Shown here: in pieces, positions 12,000 through 24,600 of the stretch
How the letters are laid out: every line of letters begins with the position of its first letter
Position numbering within the stretch: position 1 is the first letter of the stretch
Assembly (NCBI GenBank): GCA_905178155.1
Contig: CAJINV010000002.1
Location: forward strand, 3,973,838 to 4,037,837
From: Amoebophrya sp. A120
Lineage: Eukaryota; Protista; Dinoflagellata
Direction of reading: 5' to 3'
DNA: 64,000 bases
Notes under the pieces: model-generated
Database searches by the model: none
The model's input: the letters and a program-made list of their open reading frames with translations, nothing else
Told to the model about the DNA's origin: nothing
Translations under genes and position numbers: made by a program

Positions 12000-14112
12000 A
12001 TGAAGACTCCTTGCCCTCCTGTCCGTGGCCGTTTTCCCACCGCGGGGGCGTTTTTTGCCGCTGTCTCGCTACAAGATCAGGTGGTGAAGTTTTCCAGCGG
12101 ACTGCGGCTCGTGCAAGAAGTTGCACGTCGGGTGGCGCACGAAGAGCATGCGGGGAAGGTTCTTTCCGGAGTAGCATTGGCGGATGTTGTGGATGCAGCT
12201 GGCGCGAAAGCAGCAGCGGAAGATGTGGAAGACGCTACCTCGGCAGGAGACGCTTGTGTAGGCATCACCACATTTGCAGGCACGCTAGACGACGAATTAT
12301 GTTGCTCCGGCCAGACCTGGGACGTTTCCAATGGCGACGACTGCGAGAAACTCAGTCAAGCGTTTACGATTTTGAAACTGAACGTGAAAGGCATGCCAGG
12401 GAATCCCCCGCAGACTTGCAGCCCATTACGTTTGACCACTGAGACGTCGACGGCGGACGTCTGGTGTGAGGGCGTTGCCAGTGCGGATTCGGACGCGGAC
12501 TCGTCCGATACTGCCACTCCCGGGGAGTTAGATGTCAGCGGCATTTTAGCCGTGGCGGCAAACACCACCGAAGTGGCCGACGCTTGCATGTCGTATCGGA
12601 GAGAAAAAAGGAAGTAGTGTGATGGTACAGGACCACTTGTCTTTGTCAAGCACCCCAAGGTCGTCGGGACAGAAACAGAAAACTATTTTTGCATCTTGAT
12701 CATACAGTGCTGGACTTCTATCACGGTGCAATGAATGTCATTGGCCCGCCCATGATAGACCCTGTCAATAATCTCGCTTTCTCGCACTTTTCTCTGTGAT
12801 ACGTCCCTGAAGAGTCGGATGGCGGAGAATTCTGCTACGTGTTGCGGCGAAAACGGGTGGAATGCCACTGCCGACGCGATTTGTCAAGACCTGAAAGCCG
12901 CCCACGACCACGTGAAGAACATTCGGGACCAAAGCCAACCGAGCCCGGACATGTGTCAAGAGAACGTGATTGGCGCGACAGCGGGTGCGTTGGAATGCGC
13001 CGCACCAGTCGTAGGACCGGAGTTGACCTATGAGGCCCTTGAGGCGGCGACTCCGGGCGGGGGCACCAACCCCGAAACGCAGATCGCGTTCTGCACGTGG
13101 GTGGCGCCGATGTTGATCAGCGCGCAGGTATGCCTTACAAGTATGTCTGGGTCTGGATAAAAAGATTCATGCTGTTGAGTCTTGCTCTTGCATGACGAAG
13201 CAGCCTTGCGTACAGCGTGAGCGCATGCACTAATACAATTTTATTTTTGGGCCATCTCTTTGCCTTTGCGAGTTCATCTTCATTCGTACTCAGCGCGACA
13301 AACTGCCTTTACGAAAAGCTGGCCAACCCTCCTCGTCATGAACCACAGGCACAGATCTTCTTGGCACCATCTGTTAGCTTTCGCATCGCAAAAAATTCAG
13401 AGCCAGATACCATATTTGCGATGCATAAGAGGAGATCTGCTGTACGGACCAGGATGAATGGGACACTAACAAAGGCGGGGACGTAACGCTGGCCGACGCC
13501 TCCACACGGCCCCTCTGCGACCACCTTGAGAGGCATTTTGTGCATATTAATGGAAAAGGTTGGCCGGCCGCGGAGTGTACAAAACCCGAGTTGTTCCCCT
13601 TTCCCCTGAATTCGGCTTGCACCATGGCCCTCCCGGAGGTTCCCGGCGACCTCAACGCGGCAGGAATTCTAGCGGTGCAGGTGCTTGACCTTTTTCGGAT
13701 CCAGAGCGCCTGCAAGTCCCTGGCCCGTCTGATGAAAGCCACCAGCGCGGAAGAGTGCTGCGACTCGCAGACTGGTGAGTGGCAGTACTCAGCAAAGCCG
13801 CCGACCTGCCAAGAAATCACAGACGCGCACAGCCATGCTCTGACCCTGCGCTTGGGCAGCGCGGGGCCGGAGGCCGGTCTCTGTGCCGACGAGCTGATTG
13901 GCGGTCAGGGTCCGGGGGAAGTGGTTTGTGCTTCATCCGAGATCGTTGTGACTGAGACGCCACAGAACGGGACAAATTCGGGCAACCAGACCACGACCAC
14001 TACTACCACCACGACCGAAGACGAGGCGGTGAATATCGACGCAAAAAACGAATCGGTCTCCAACAGCACCACGTCGGCCCCAGAGGCCTCCCTTCACCTC
14101 CAGTGTTGCTAG
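12000..14112 (+). CDS. Cys-rich secreted/surface-type protein (~531 aa), paralog of the 6159 gene, with 2 introners
   Basis: The N-terminus MKTPCP...LQDQVVKFSSGLR is shared with the 6159 gene; removing 2 elements joins three ORFs; repeated CC motifs, a Thr-rich stalk, and ends LQCC*. Confidence 0.85.
12594..12801. mobile_element. Introner, G-like (208 bp)
   Basis: TATCGGAGAGAAAA...TTTTCTCTGTGATA; TSD TGTCG/CGTCC; frame restored. Confidence 0.8.
13129..13427. mobile_element. Degenerate introner family A (299 bp)
   Basis: TSD GCAGG/AGAGG; can also be read as a GT..AG intron 13128-13431. Confidence 0.8.
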
Positions 14113-15638
14113 AAAGAGGTGTGGGGAGAAATGGTCCTGCAGCTAGAAGAGGTTATGTTGACCACATGACAACGAAAACTACTACTAACTTCTACAAAGA
14201 TCTAGCTCATCGTACCAAGAAGCAGGAAAGGTTTTTATCACTACAGCACTACAACTCGTAAATGCCGCTGAATATCACTCGTTGCACTACATCTTGCCGC
14301 TCGGGTGTAGTAAGTACCAAAGCGCGTACTAGTCCGTCAATAAGAGTGGTGAAGAAAAATACAGGTTTTTTTTTGTTGTATGAAAATTTCGTCACAAGTT
14401 TCGTGTGCACCATTACGACTTTTACACAAATTAGTAGCCCGAGGACAGTTACTCGCTCCTGTTTTAGTACAGGACAGTACACCATGTCCTGTTTTAGCTC
14501 TCTCCACGAGAAGTGAATCGCACGACTCGCCACGTGCGTCCGAGATTTTTTCATCACCCTTTCAAATTTACATACTCTTCAGCTCTTTTAGAAAAACTTT
14601 TAGAAAAACTTTTTTTTTTGGCTATCGAAATGTATCTTTTCCATTCTATTTCTTCCGCATTTCCCTTTCGTGCAAGAAGAAGAACGCCAAACCAGAGAAA
14701 AATCGCTTTAGAGTTGTGCCCGCCCAACTTCCATTTCCCTATGACAAAAGCAAGACGTTTTTCAATCAGCAGCGCGCTTTTCAAATCTTGACCGCCCCCT
14801 TCAGCTGCTCCCCAAATTTTTTCCCGTGATGCAACTACTTAGTTTCTAGCTCCCCGCTACGATTGCGACCCGTGAAGATACTGAAACTCCCCTTCCGCCC
14901 ACGGCTACCGATGTTGAAACTCCAGCTCGAGTTTCATCGGCGGATCGGCTTTGCCTTTAGTTCTACTCGTCAGAGGAAGCAAATGGTCCTGGTCCTCTCG
15001 TTGAGCAGACAGAAAAACGAGTACAGGAAGGTATAGTACCTAACAAGTCGTGGTCAACCAAGAGCAACTACAAAAATCTTTTGTGTAGTACTTTTCGTTC
15101 TTCATAATCCGTGCGCCCGAAATAAATCCTCGTTTGGCAAAAGATAATATGAGTTGCGTGGTCACTCCACCTGATTGGCACAAAAAAATCGTTCACCTGG
15201 AGGTCGTTCTTTGGAAGATGATGTTACCCCCCGCATGTTGTCGTTTCTCACCGACGTCGTGGTTCTCTTTCTGGAAGGAAAGAAGAACTTTTATAGCAGA
15301 AGCCAAGGGCCTCGTACTTTATTTGCTCTCTTGCATCGTTCTTCGACGCCGTCGTACATGTAGTTTTTTTCTTCGTGACCGAGGAGGGTCATTCTTAATA
15401 AATACACTCCCAGGTTTAATAAACACTAAGTTTTGGCATTGGCGCCCCCCCGGACTACTCCCCCTGCAGTGCTAGACCGATGCAATCGTTCCACCGAAAA
15501 CGACCATATGGGCGATAAGACTACAACTTGACCTGATTTTCTTATATCGAAGATGAACCAATAGTTCACAACTCTTATCTTTTATTTCTTTGCACAAAGT
15601 ATACTTTTTTGTGTTTTTTTTTCAATCAAGGCAAAAAA

Positions 15639-18600
15639 ATGTGGAAGAAGCGGGAGCAGCGCAGCAGCTTGTCCCGGTCGTGCGGCTCGAAGCCCTGGGC
15701 AGGACTACGAGCACGTTTCACCCTCTTGTTTGCTCCACTCCTCACCTCCGCGCTGCAACTCCAGGTGGTCTCTCGGAACAAGAAGAAGACGAGCCGGGAT
15801 CTTCACGTTGCGGACCACAAGAATGATCAGCGGAAGGTGTTGAAGAAGAATATTAAAGCCACGACAGCTCCTTCTCCTTTGCACGGTGGTGGACTAGATG
15901 GTAGTAAAAATGAACAACCAGAAAGAGCAAGCAGCTCCTTGTCCTTGTCGTCACCGACTACAGCAGCTTCCGAACAAGAAGAACATGTTCATCAGAAGAA
16001 GATCCTCGGCGAAGAAGAAGAAGAAGAAGAAGTGGAGCAGCAAGAGCAACTCTCCCGTCGCTTGACGGCGGAGCCGCGACTGGATGAACGGGATGTTGAT
16101 CCAGCTGAAGGCGAACAAGAAATGTTGAGCCGGACGAGGACGTCGTTCACCTCCAAAAAGATGTTGACCAGCACCGCCGTCGCTGCGCGTCGAGAAAACA
16201 AGTCTACTAAACAGGCACGAGGACACCAGCACGCGATGATGGGGCGGACCACGGCGAGCCGCGGTCTTCGACAGCAAGAAGTTGTATCGGATCGACGCGT
16301 GCAGTATCAAGTGCAAATATGTCTGTGTCTGGAAAGTTGTGATGCAGGTCACTGAATCTTCATAGCCACACTGTATCTATGTAATGCGCCGCCGAGGCAT
16401 GACAAGTTTGTTTATGCTTCTGTGTTGCGTATTCCGCATGAGAGAGACACTGCGTGTAGTTTGCATGACAGGCAAGAGGAGCTCTTGGTTGCCACGCAAT
16501 ACAGATCCCAGAGTCAACATGCCAGACTAGCATGACAAATCTCGCAAGCTCCCAGCCCCAGACATAATATTTGCAATCCATATGCAGTCGTCGACAAGGG
16601 CGGAACCGGAAGACGATCCCAATATCAAAAAGAAAAATTCCCCCCCATATCGGAAACGAAATTTGTGATGCTGAATTTGAGTACACAAATCGACTTGTAT
16701 TGCTAGAAGGACAAGAGACGCACTTGCGGCCTGAATTGCAGGCAATTTGTCATGCTGTTTCCCACTGCCAGTTGCCTCGCGTCATGCTGGAGATGCAATA
16801 CTTTCCCACGCTAGCTAGCACTACAGTCCGCATCTTTTGCCTTCTAGCATCGCAAAGCTGATTTGTGACCACAAATCTGCATCACAGATTTCCGTTTTGA
16901 TATGGGGAGGGGGGATTTTTGTTCTTGATACACGATAGCTGCTTCTTCGAGGAGGGCGAATACCGGAGCACATGTACCTTATCCTAAGTAAAAACGTCCC
17001 CACCCCATTACTATCTATTATATTCATGCGAAAATATTGGCTAGAGAGGGTAAACGAGAGGTGGCCGGGAGGTCAAAAAGAGGTCAAAAAGAGGTCGACA
17101 GAGGTGGAGAGGTGGCGCGGGAGGTAGTTCGGGAGGGTGGCCGAGAGGTGGCGCGAGTATAGCCCGCCGAAGGGGTCGCCCTTTGGGGCCGCTAAGCGGC
17201 ACGGAGGTGGCCGAGAGGTAAAAAAGAGGGCGCGCGAGAGGTGGGCAGAGGTGCCGAGAGGTTGCGCGAATAAGGGCGAACCTCTCGCGCACCCTCTGGG
17301 CCACCTCTCGGCCACCTCTGTCGACCTCTACCGGCGAGTATAGCCGGATTATTCGCAACACCTCTCGGAGAAGGTGAAAAAGAGGGTCTGCGAGAGGGGT
17401 GCAAAAACTCGAATCCGCCCGGCACGCGGCCAATTTTGCTTGGGCCTTTTCATCGCGCAGGCCCGCACCCTTTCGCGCCACCCTCCCGCGCTACCCTCTC
17501 GCGCCACCCTTTCGCGCCACCCTCTCGCGCCACCCTCTCGCGCCAGCGATTTCCGCCGAGAAGCAAATAGGGCGGGGGCGGGTGGGTGATCAAAAAAGGG
17601 CATTGCGGCCCCCGTTCTGTTTCCTTCGGCATCTATGTCGGAGCGGCTTCTCTTCGCCCCCAAGCTTCGCTGCAGCTGCTCCCTGCGCATAGCGCCTGAA
17701 GGCGCGGGAAGCGCGCAGGAGGCCCAGCGGGTTGAGATGGCGCAAACCGGCGCCAGTATTTCCTTCGAACTATCACGCCATGCGCAAAGCTCTGGCGCTG
17801 TGGCGCGATCCGCAAATAGTCCTGCCCCGCCACAACAGCCGCTCGCCCCGGCGTCAGCCGGGGCATGGCTGGTAGCTGTCATGCAGATTTGCAGTGACAG
17901 GAAGATTTGTTTTTGTAATGCGCATTCCCATGAGAGGCATTGATTTCCAATCGGGTAGTTTTGGACTTCGTAATGCTCGTATACAGGATGAGTAGATGGA
18001 TTTGTCGTGTTGCAGCTTTACTTATCTAAACTGCACTACAATATACAGAGACGAACTTGTCATGCTGGATTCCCAAAACTTGTCGATTTGTGTTGCGAGA
18101 TCCCCATCTTGACTCCCGGGCGGGGACGTTTTTGCTCAGGATATACTTACGCTGATGTTGTGCGATTCACGGGCGTCGACGTGGATCTAAACAGTGAGGC
18201 ACTGGTATCGAGTGTAAATATTTCTGGGTCTGGAAGGTTGGATCTGTATTGCATGTTTCGCATTCCTAAAAAATCTGCATTGCATGAGCACCAAACAAAC
18301 TGCCACGCTTTCCTCGTGCAAAAGCGCAGTTCGTAGTGCGTTCTGCGTATCATGAGAAAGCGTTTGAAACCTTTGTGATGCTGCACTGCGCCTAGAGGCA
18401 CAGTCAATCATGACCATTCAGCATTACAAGTTTCCAGACAAATATTTGCAATCCATAAGTGGACGGCGTACTTGGCTGGTACCCGACCCCCGACCTGATC
18501 GAAGCTTGCTGTATGGCCTGCTCAAACGTTACAATCTCAACAAACGTTACAGTAGAATCTGGGTTTTGTGTTGCATGATGAGCATGACCATAGACGCGCA

Positions 18601-21600
18601 CAGCGTCCCACTTTTTGCAATACAAATTTCGCCAGATTCTAGTGCGGACTGGGGCTCCAGAACTTGTCATGTGCAATCCTGTGGGAGTAGAGTAGATCAT
18701 GCACTTCTTGCATCACAGATTTTCATATTCTATGGTAACGTTTGAGATGATTGTAACAGCTGAGCAGGTTATATGCTACAATGTGCTCTTCGAGATGCAA
18801 AAGGCCGAACATAAGTGCTGTACTGCGAAGACGGACGCGAACAAGTTAGGCGTTTGGGAGGATTTTTGGCAGGGTCAGGGCCACGATCTGGCTATACGCA
18901 TTGCAAATATGGTTGGGTCTGGAAGATTGCAACTTGTGAGGCTAACCTTGGACTCAAAAAAAATTTGTATAGCATGAGGTGCAAGAGGACTCCAGTTGTT
19001 GCTATGCGGAAACGGCATTTCTCATGCGGGATCAATAGGCATCAAGAAGCCCGTAAAAAACCTGTGATGCTAGGGCATTCATCACAAACATTATAATGGG
19101 TCATGCAAAATGTGCATGACAAACGTTCCACTCTTCCAGACCCAGACATATTTGCAGTTGATAGGCTACCCCGGGGATCAACGTGGCCCAGCTTCGCGAC
19201 GCAGTTGAAGCCAAGGTGGAGGAGATCGGGTCGGGCTTCCCGGACGATCTAGCAAAAGGTATAGACTACGTCGTCAGTGAGTTCCTGCGTCCGGCCAAGA
19301 GTATGAAGTTGCTCGACGAAGGCGCTGCAGGGGTTTTAACCGCGGAGCTGGTCAAAGCGTACACAACGCAGGATGGCACTGCAGACGAGCGGGCCCAGAA
19401 CCAGGCGTTGCACCTCCTCCTCGTGGCCAAACTAGTCACCCCGAAGCACCCCGATGCGGAAACCATCAAGGGGAAATTTGCCGAGGCAGACAGCGTCTGC
19501 GCGGGGTTCAAAGCCACCGGCTTGAGGTTGCTCGAGATGGGAGATTCAAAGTACCCAAACGATTCCAAGTTGGACGAGAACCAAAAAAGCGCCGCGTGGC
19601 TGAAGTGCCGAAAGCTCAGGGAAAAGTCGGTGGACCGCGGCCACGCGTGTTTCGACACGGAATCCCGAATCCGCGATCTGTATGCACTGCAAATATGTGA
19701 TCTGGGTCTCCTGGAAAGTTCCCAGGTTTGTCATGCAGACTTAGCATGACCACCCATGACGCCTGCAATGCATGACGTAGCATCACAGATTTTTCGAGGG
19801 CTTCCTGATGCCTACTCTGCATGAGAAATGCCCTCTCCAAGGGGTACGCTCTGGGGTTGTCCGTCATCGTGATAGGATCACCGGGCTTGATCAGTAGACC
19901 CCCAGTATATTTTTTTAGCGCGCAGCCGGTCACAAAAGTAAGACGGAGACCAAGTTTGTAAGACTATCCCGCCAAGGCCACACTGGAGCTCCACCGTGCT
20001 CGCGGGCTCGGATGGTAAGTCAGGTTTGCCACACGTAGCGCCCACTGGCCGTAGTTACGCGTAAGCAATCGATAGCGGTTTTGTGGATGCGGTCAGGTGG
20101 TAGTTAGGAAGAGGATCGGGTATCCACCTAGGGGTGTTGGCAGAGGCTAAATCTGTTCTAGCGCCCAGGTATTGGCAGAGGCTAAATCTGTTCTAACGCC
20201 CACCCGCCAGGAGTAAAATGGTCACTACTACTACGACTACTACCAACATGTAGCACAAACGGGACCGCTATCGCTGGTCATGCAACACAGATTTTTTTCC
20301 AGTCCGAAGACAGAATGACAAGTTGCAACCTTGTTCCAGATCCAGACATATTTTTGCAATGCATAAACTGCGAACCGGAGGCGGTGGCCTGCCCGAGGAA
20401 GCGGAGGACTACGCTGAGCTCATGTTTGCCGTCAACTCCATGATGTTCATTAACGGGATGACAGTGCCCGAGGACAAGGCCCTTGATGAATTTGGCTTGG
20501 TGAATGGTGTGGATTACGACGTGATTTTGAAAGACTCCGGCTGGGACAACGATGCTGCGAACGTTTGGTGCCAGATAGCACTGGACAAAATTCGGAAAAC
20601 GGACGACTGCTGCGCACCTCCGGCGGACGACTCCGTGGATGTCTCGCTCTATGAACTGCAAAAGTATCGTACTACTTAGTATAAATTGCAATACAAATTT
20701 CCTCAGCATGAGAAATAAAATTTGTAATGCCGATTTGCCTTGGAAACAAGATTTGTAATGCAAGACTTGCATTAGCATTTGTACGATTGCGATACTTTTG
20801 CACAGGATTCGCTCGTCTGGTACACGGACGAGAAGTATCAGATGCAAATATGTCTGGGTCTGGAAACTTGTGATGCTGTTTGGCGAATCATGTGGATGCC
20901 TTCATTGGCAGCCAAGCATGGCAAGTTTTGGAGTTGCTATAGTGTTGCCTATCTGCATGACAAACTGCGTTTTTCTGTTTGCATGGCAGAGAAATGTGGC
21001 TTTTGGGTGGCGTGCATGACAGACTTGAGAGCTGCCTTGCTAGCCGCGCATGACAAACCTTGCATTCATCTTCCAGACCCAGACATGCAATTTGCATTTG
21101 ATAAGAAGCCTGGCTGCAGGCAACTGAAAAAAGACGCGGAAAACCTGCTGCGCATTTACCTGCCGGACGAGGGCGAGAAGGACCCGACCAAACTGCCGCC
21201 CGAGGTTGTGCAGAGCATGGGAAACGACTGCCAACGCTATTACAGTGAAAAGTGCCCCCCAGAGCTGAAAATGCAAAAATTTGTGATGCGAAGTTTCCCA
21301 ATGAAAACTTGCATGAAAGGAGTATGAATCTTTCTGATGCAGAGTGTAGGCGTGTATCGCATCGATTGCATGACAAGCGCCGCTCTTGCTGGGGTCTTTT
21401 GCAATACAAATTTTTGCTATTCACGATTGGAAAAAACGCGTGATGCTGATAGATGCAAGAGGGCGAGTTGTGTATCATTTGGAAAGGTTTGCAATACAAA
21501 TGCTCCCAACAAGTTCGGGGGTGGGGGCATTTTTCATTGTAATAAACGCTTGTACAACCCCGATGAGTGGAAGGCTGAAAAAGGAGTTCTGCCGGACATT

Positions 21601-24600
21601 TGCACAGCCCCGCTCGACTCGTGGAAACGGATTGCGGGCCAGCTGTTTCTGAACTTCAAGTGGAAAGGAGTGACGTACGGAGTTGGCGATCCAGCCAACT
21701 CGAAAGTGTTAAACCCAGAATTCTACAAAGAAGATTCGCTTGACAAGACCAAGCCCGCGAGCCCTGAGGCAAAGGTGTGGTGTGACACCGTGCTGTGGGC
21801 TATCCAGGCTACCGAAAATGTCTCCGACCCGTGTTGCCCACACACACCGGGCGAAGACTGGCCGCAAGGAACCGATGACTCCCTCCCAAACGATGTTTGC
21901 GCGCAGCTCAAGCGTATCAAATGTAAAAATGTCTGGGTCTGGAAGATTACGAGATTTGTCATGCATATTTCGGATCACGCAAATGGCGTCTGATGCAGGC
22001 AAAAGCATCACAGGTTTTGAGCACGCCTCATGATGCCTGTCCCGCATGAGAAACTTCCTACCTGCCGACCAAGAAGTGGACAGGTTTTGGCGCTCATGCA
22101 ACACAAGGTTTTGCGTGTTCCAGAGTTTGCATCACAAGTTCCAACTCTTCCAGACCTAGACACTTTTACAGTTGATAAAGCGGACCGGGAACAAACTGAC
22201 CGACCGGCCACTGACCGACCGGAATGGGGACGAACTGCCCTATCAAATGTAAAAATGTCTGGGTCTGGAAGAATCCGAAATTTGTTATGCTGTTTTTGCA
22301 TGACACAGAATGTCTGTCATGGAAGCCGTAGCATCACAGATTTTTAGAGGCCTTCCTGATGCCTACTCCGCATGACAGATGCCCTCCACGCCTAGCACAA
22401 ACCGGACTCCTCCTGCTGGTCATGCAATACAGAATTTTTTAGAGTCCAAAGTTAGCGTCACAAGTTCCAACCTTCCAGACCCAGACATTTTTGCAATCCA
22501 TATGCCCGGCACCAAGCTGATGATCGGCATTGACGACCCCGAAATTGCGCCAGTAAAGTGGCCGATCTGCCACCGCCTCTACTCTCAGCCGGAATTCTAC
22601 CCCAACGAAGGATGGGACGTTATGGCGTTCTCAAGTGTTACATTCTCAACTGTTACATGAATTTGTCATGCAAAAACAGCAATAGGGAAAGGGGAAAGCT
22701 TGCAAGTCTTGCATCACAAGTTTGGCACGGATTTAGATGCTGTTTAGCACTTCGATAATTTGCCATGCGAAGCAGCTTGATCGTCTTGCGGCTCATGGTC
22801 ATTTTGCATGACAAATCATGTAACAGTTGAGAATGTAACGTTTGAGAGCGCCATAGACGTGTACAAGACGGGGGATGTGTGCAAATCGGACAAAGAGATC
22901 GAGAAGAATCTCGACTGCGTGCCCTGAGTAAAAATGTCCCCACACGACCAGAGTCAAGAAGATGCGAAATCTGCTATACAAATCCACCAGCTTTGGTTAT
23001 TTCGCATGACAAGTTTGTGTCCGTAGTGTAATCCTGTTTAGCTAGATCAGAAGCATCACAGATCCAGAATATGATGCTGATTCTAGCATCACAAATTCCC
23101 AAATACGAACAGAAAACGCTTCTCATGGGGCTTAGCATGAGAAACGTTCTTGGCATGCAGGTTGGCATGACAACTCTGGGGTCGCATTTTGTTTAGCATG
23201 ACAACTCTGAGGTGGGGACATTTTTCCTCACAATACTGCGACCTCCACGAGAGCGAACCAGGCAACCCACTGAACTGCCATTACTACAAGTCGTACACGA
23301 ATGTGCTGGCCTCCTTCATGACAGCGACCGAAGCGCATATGGAAGTGTCAGGATCGAAATCGTCAAAGTTGAAATAGTCTGTAATTAAACGTACTCGGAA
23401 CCGATACCAGCTGGAGCCCTAAATAATCTGTAATGCAAAAAAACGATACCAGCTGGAGCCCAATTTACAAGTGGCGCATGACAAAGGTACAAGGAGGAAC
23501 CAGGTACCCTACCGAACCAGGTACCCGGGACCAGGTACCCGGGACCAGGTACCCAGGACCAGGTACCCCGGACCAGGGACCCTGGGACCAGGTACCCGGG
23601 GACCAGGTACCCTGGGGCCAGGTACCCAGAAAACAACCCCCTCCCCAACCTGCCTCGACGAAGCTGCCCACCAGGCTGTCTTCGCGAAAACCAAAATCGA
23701 CACACTCCGTCGCAGTCCGGAACGACGCCGCCGAGTATGTCTGCGCTGCAGACTTGTCTGGGTCTGGAAGGTTGCCATGCTTGACCAGCGGTGACGTTGG
23801 CACCCGGACCGGTACCCACATCCGGGCATCCACATCTGCGCACCGGGTGCCCCCCGCCGGGCACCCGGGTCCGGAGATGTGGGCACCCGGTGCCCCGATG
23901 TGGATATCCAGATGTGAAACCGCTTGACTTTTCGCGTCGCTTTCTGCTAGCTAAAGTTGAAGAGGTGGGCTCCCACATTCGGCGGGCGCGAGGTGCTCAC
24001 ATCCTGGTACTCACATCTAGGCACCAGGCGCCCAAAGCCACAGCCGATATCCACATCTGGGCACCGGGTGCCCACATGCGGGCACCGCTACCCATATCCG
24101 GCCATCTACATCTGCGTACCGGGTGCCCACATCCGGGAACCCGGGGACGGAGATGCGGGCAGCCGGTGCCCAGGTGTGGACGTCCAGACGTGAAACCGCT
24201 TGAGTTTTCGTGTGACTTTTTTTTTTCAACTCAAAGTTGAAAAGGTGCCCACATCCGGGTATCCGCATCTCCGGTCCGGGTGCCCACATCCGGAGTACCC
24301 GGGTACCTGGTCCCAGGGTACCCGGTCCCAGGGTACCTGGTCCCAGGGTACCTGGTCCCGGGTACCTGGTCCCAGGGTACCTGGTCCCGGGTACCTGGTT
24401 CCTACCTCTACCCATGACAAACTTTGGCAGCGCGGCAATCCAATTCGTCATGCTCTTTGAGCAGAGACGACTGCTTTTGTCATGCTATTTTAGCAGCTCT
24501 GTCTCTAAGATCTCACACCCCAAGCAGGCTTATGATCGGCCTCAGTTGCCCTTGCCCTTGCCTGCTCTGCAAGACAGGGGCTTTGCGTCTAGCATTTTAT

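Noticed and set aside
21915-22502. CRISPR-like repeat/spacer pattern from the recurring 30-bp sequence
   Set aside because: The copies come as inverted pairs with TSDs at irregular spacing inside eukaryotic genes, and there are no cas genes.
23385-24460. ORFs with PGTRYPG/VPGPR repeats
   Set aside because: They are artefacts of the foldback element's GGTACC subrepeats.
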